A stretch of 64,000 bases of DNA, taken from contig JBHGNT010000006.1 of assembly GCA_043228905.1 (NCBI GenBank), forward strand, positions 1,550,001-1,614,000. Direction: 5' to 3'. A model generated the notes under the pieces. That model had not been told where the DNA came from and searched no databases. It was given only the letters and a program-made list of their open reading frames with translations. A program made the position numbers and the translations under genes. Position 1 is the stretch's first letter. Each line of letters starts with the position of its first letter. Source of the stretch: Azolla caroliniana (Eukaryota > Plantae > Polypodiophyta). Shown here one piece after another: positions 62,594 through 64,000 of this stretch.

Positions 62594-64000
62594 AAAGTGG
62601 CTTCTAGTAATATGTATGGTGTGAAAAATGACATTTGTCAAAGGGCACTAAGCTCTACAAACATATGACTTTGAATCATGTTGAACTTGTGAAGGTTCAC
62701 ACCACTTGCAAGAGGAGAAGTGGGTTGCCTACTACATGTAAGGGGCAAAACACTAAAAGAAGTTTTTAATCCAAGGCAAGAATTTAATTCTATATGATTG
62801 TTTTCATAAGCATTCACATAAAAACAATATTTACACTTTACTATCATCAGATTTTTTTTTTGTTGCCTTTCTTAGCCTGTGTGCATGTAAATAGGGTCAT
62901 TTTTTATGTTTTGTTCTTCTTGTGTCAAGTTAATTGAAATGAAAGGGATGAGCTCCTACTGGTCATGGATTTGCCATGCAGGATTGTGCATGGGTATGTT
63001 TTGGGCCATGGACATTGGATACTCCTTGGATATGGCATATGTACATTATCTCGCAACCCCTCACTTTAATTGTGCTTAAATAGCTAGGATTTCTTATAAG
63101 GGATTGTAGTAAACCAACTAATCAAATAAGCCCATTTTGTCCTAAAGCTATGGACCTCAATACTTTCGAAAAAAAATTAAATTTTTTTAATGAGCCTTAT
63201 TTTGATGCGGAGCTACAACTTGTTTTCATTTTTACGGTTTTCTTTCTACTAGTGTAGTGAAAATATATTTGGAGATAGTTGATAGTGGTTGCCTTCTTTA
63301 GTAGATAGCTTGTACATAAAAAAAAGGAAGCTCACCAAACTACAAGGAGCACAAAAACCTCACCAATAGGTACTTTAACATGTTCGTGAATGTCTAAGGA
63401 GCACAAACAACTTGCCAACAAAACTCATAAAATTGTTCTCTCATGTGAAATAAGGTTAATATTTAATCTCTAATTCACATCGTTCAAACACTAACACACA
63501 CATGCTTGCAATTACATACGTATATGTGTGTGCATGTTTATAATGGCGAAGGTATTCAAATGCCAATAGTTACCTACATATACATATGTAATTCCATATA
63601 GTGAGTTGTAAGCATCTCTAAGAGCTTGTGACCTTGGAGCTTGGGTACATACGTGAATTTCAGTTTAGATAGACACAATGGATATTTCCATGTGGATAAC
63701 TACTATAAATCCTTCATTGGCATAACCACTTCACAAAAAAGATGTCTGTTTTGAAGAATATGTTGTTTATTGTGATTCAACTATACATAAACCAATTCAC
63801 ATAGACTAAAAGAAGATGATTCCAATTTTGCCATAAATATATGTTGGAATAACCGTTGGAGTTTTGAATTGTGCGTATTCCAACACAAAAGAAGACATTG
63901 ATATGTTCTTCTTCCATTGATTATATATTCTAATGAGATGTTCTAACTTTTCCATTTTCGTTTACGCCCCAATAGAATGACAATATGTGTTCTCAAATAG

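Overview
Eukaryotic nuclear DNA from a land plant. A non-seed vascular plant such as a fern is the best guess; this is inferred from a plastid-type MraY, the style of the long PLS-PPR and a Tcn1-like chromovirus. Five host genes were reconstructed by hand, three of them spliced at frame-consistent GT-AG junctions: a 3xCCCH zinc-finger gene (-), MED4 (-, intronless), a 7-exon MraY (-), a group-Ib-like bHLH with an ACT-like tail (+) and an intronless PLS-E PPR (-). Much of the rest is nested mobile DNA: hAT-type MITEs with 8-bp TSDs, three L1/Tx1-like LINE copies, an RTE/RTEX-like remnant, solo LTRs, an internally deleted Copia fragment and a young full-length chromovirus. Four observations stand out. 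(1) A miniature Ty3/Gypsy element at 1571-3189 keeps a tRNA-Ala PBS and a PPT, but its 3' LTR is precisely inverted, which gives TIR-like ends with ATAT on both flanks. (2) A one-ended Copia fragment sits between two copies of a ~918-bp direct duplication. (3) The chromovirus has a Tf1-type self-priming PBS, a palindrome spanning the predicted TSS and a -1 frameshift signal. (4) One LINE sits inside a (CT)n microsatellite. All family assignments come from motif recognition, not database searches.
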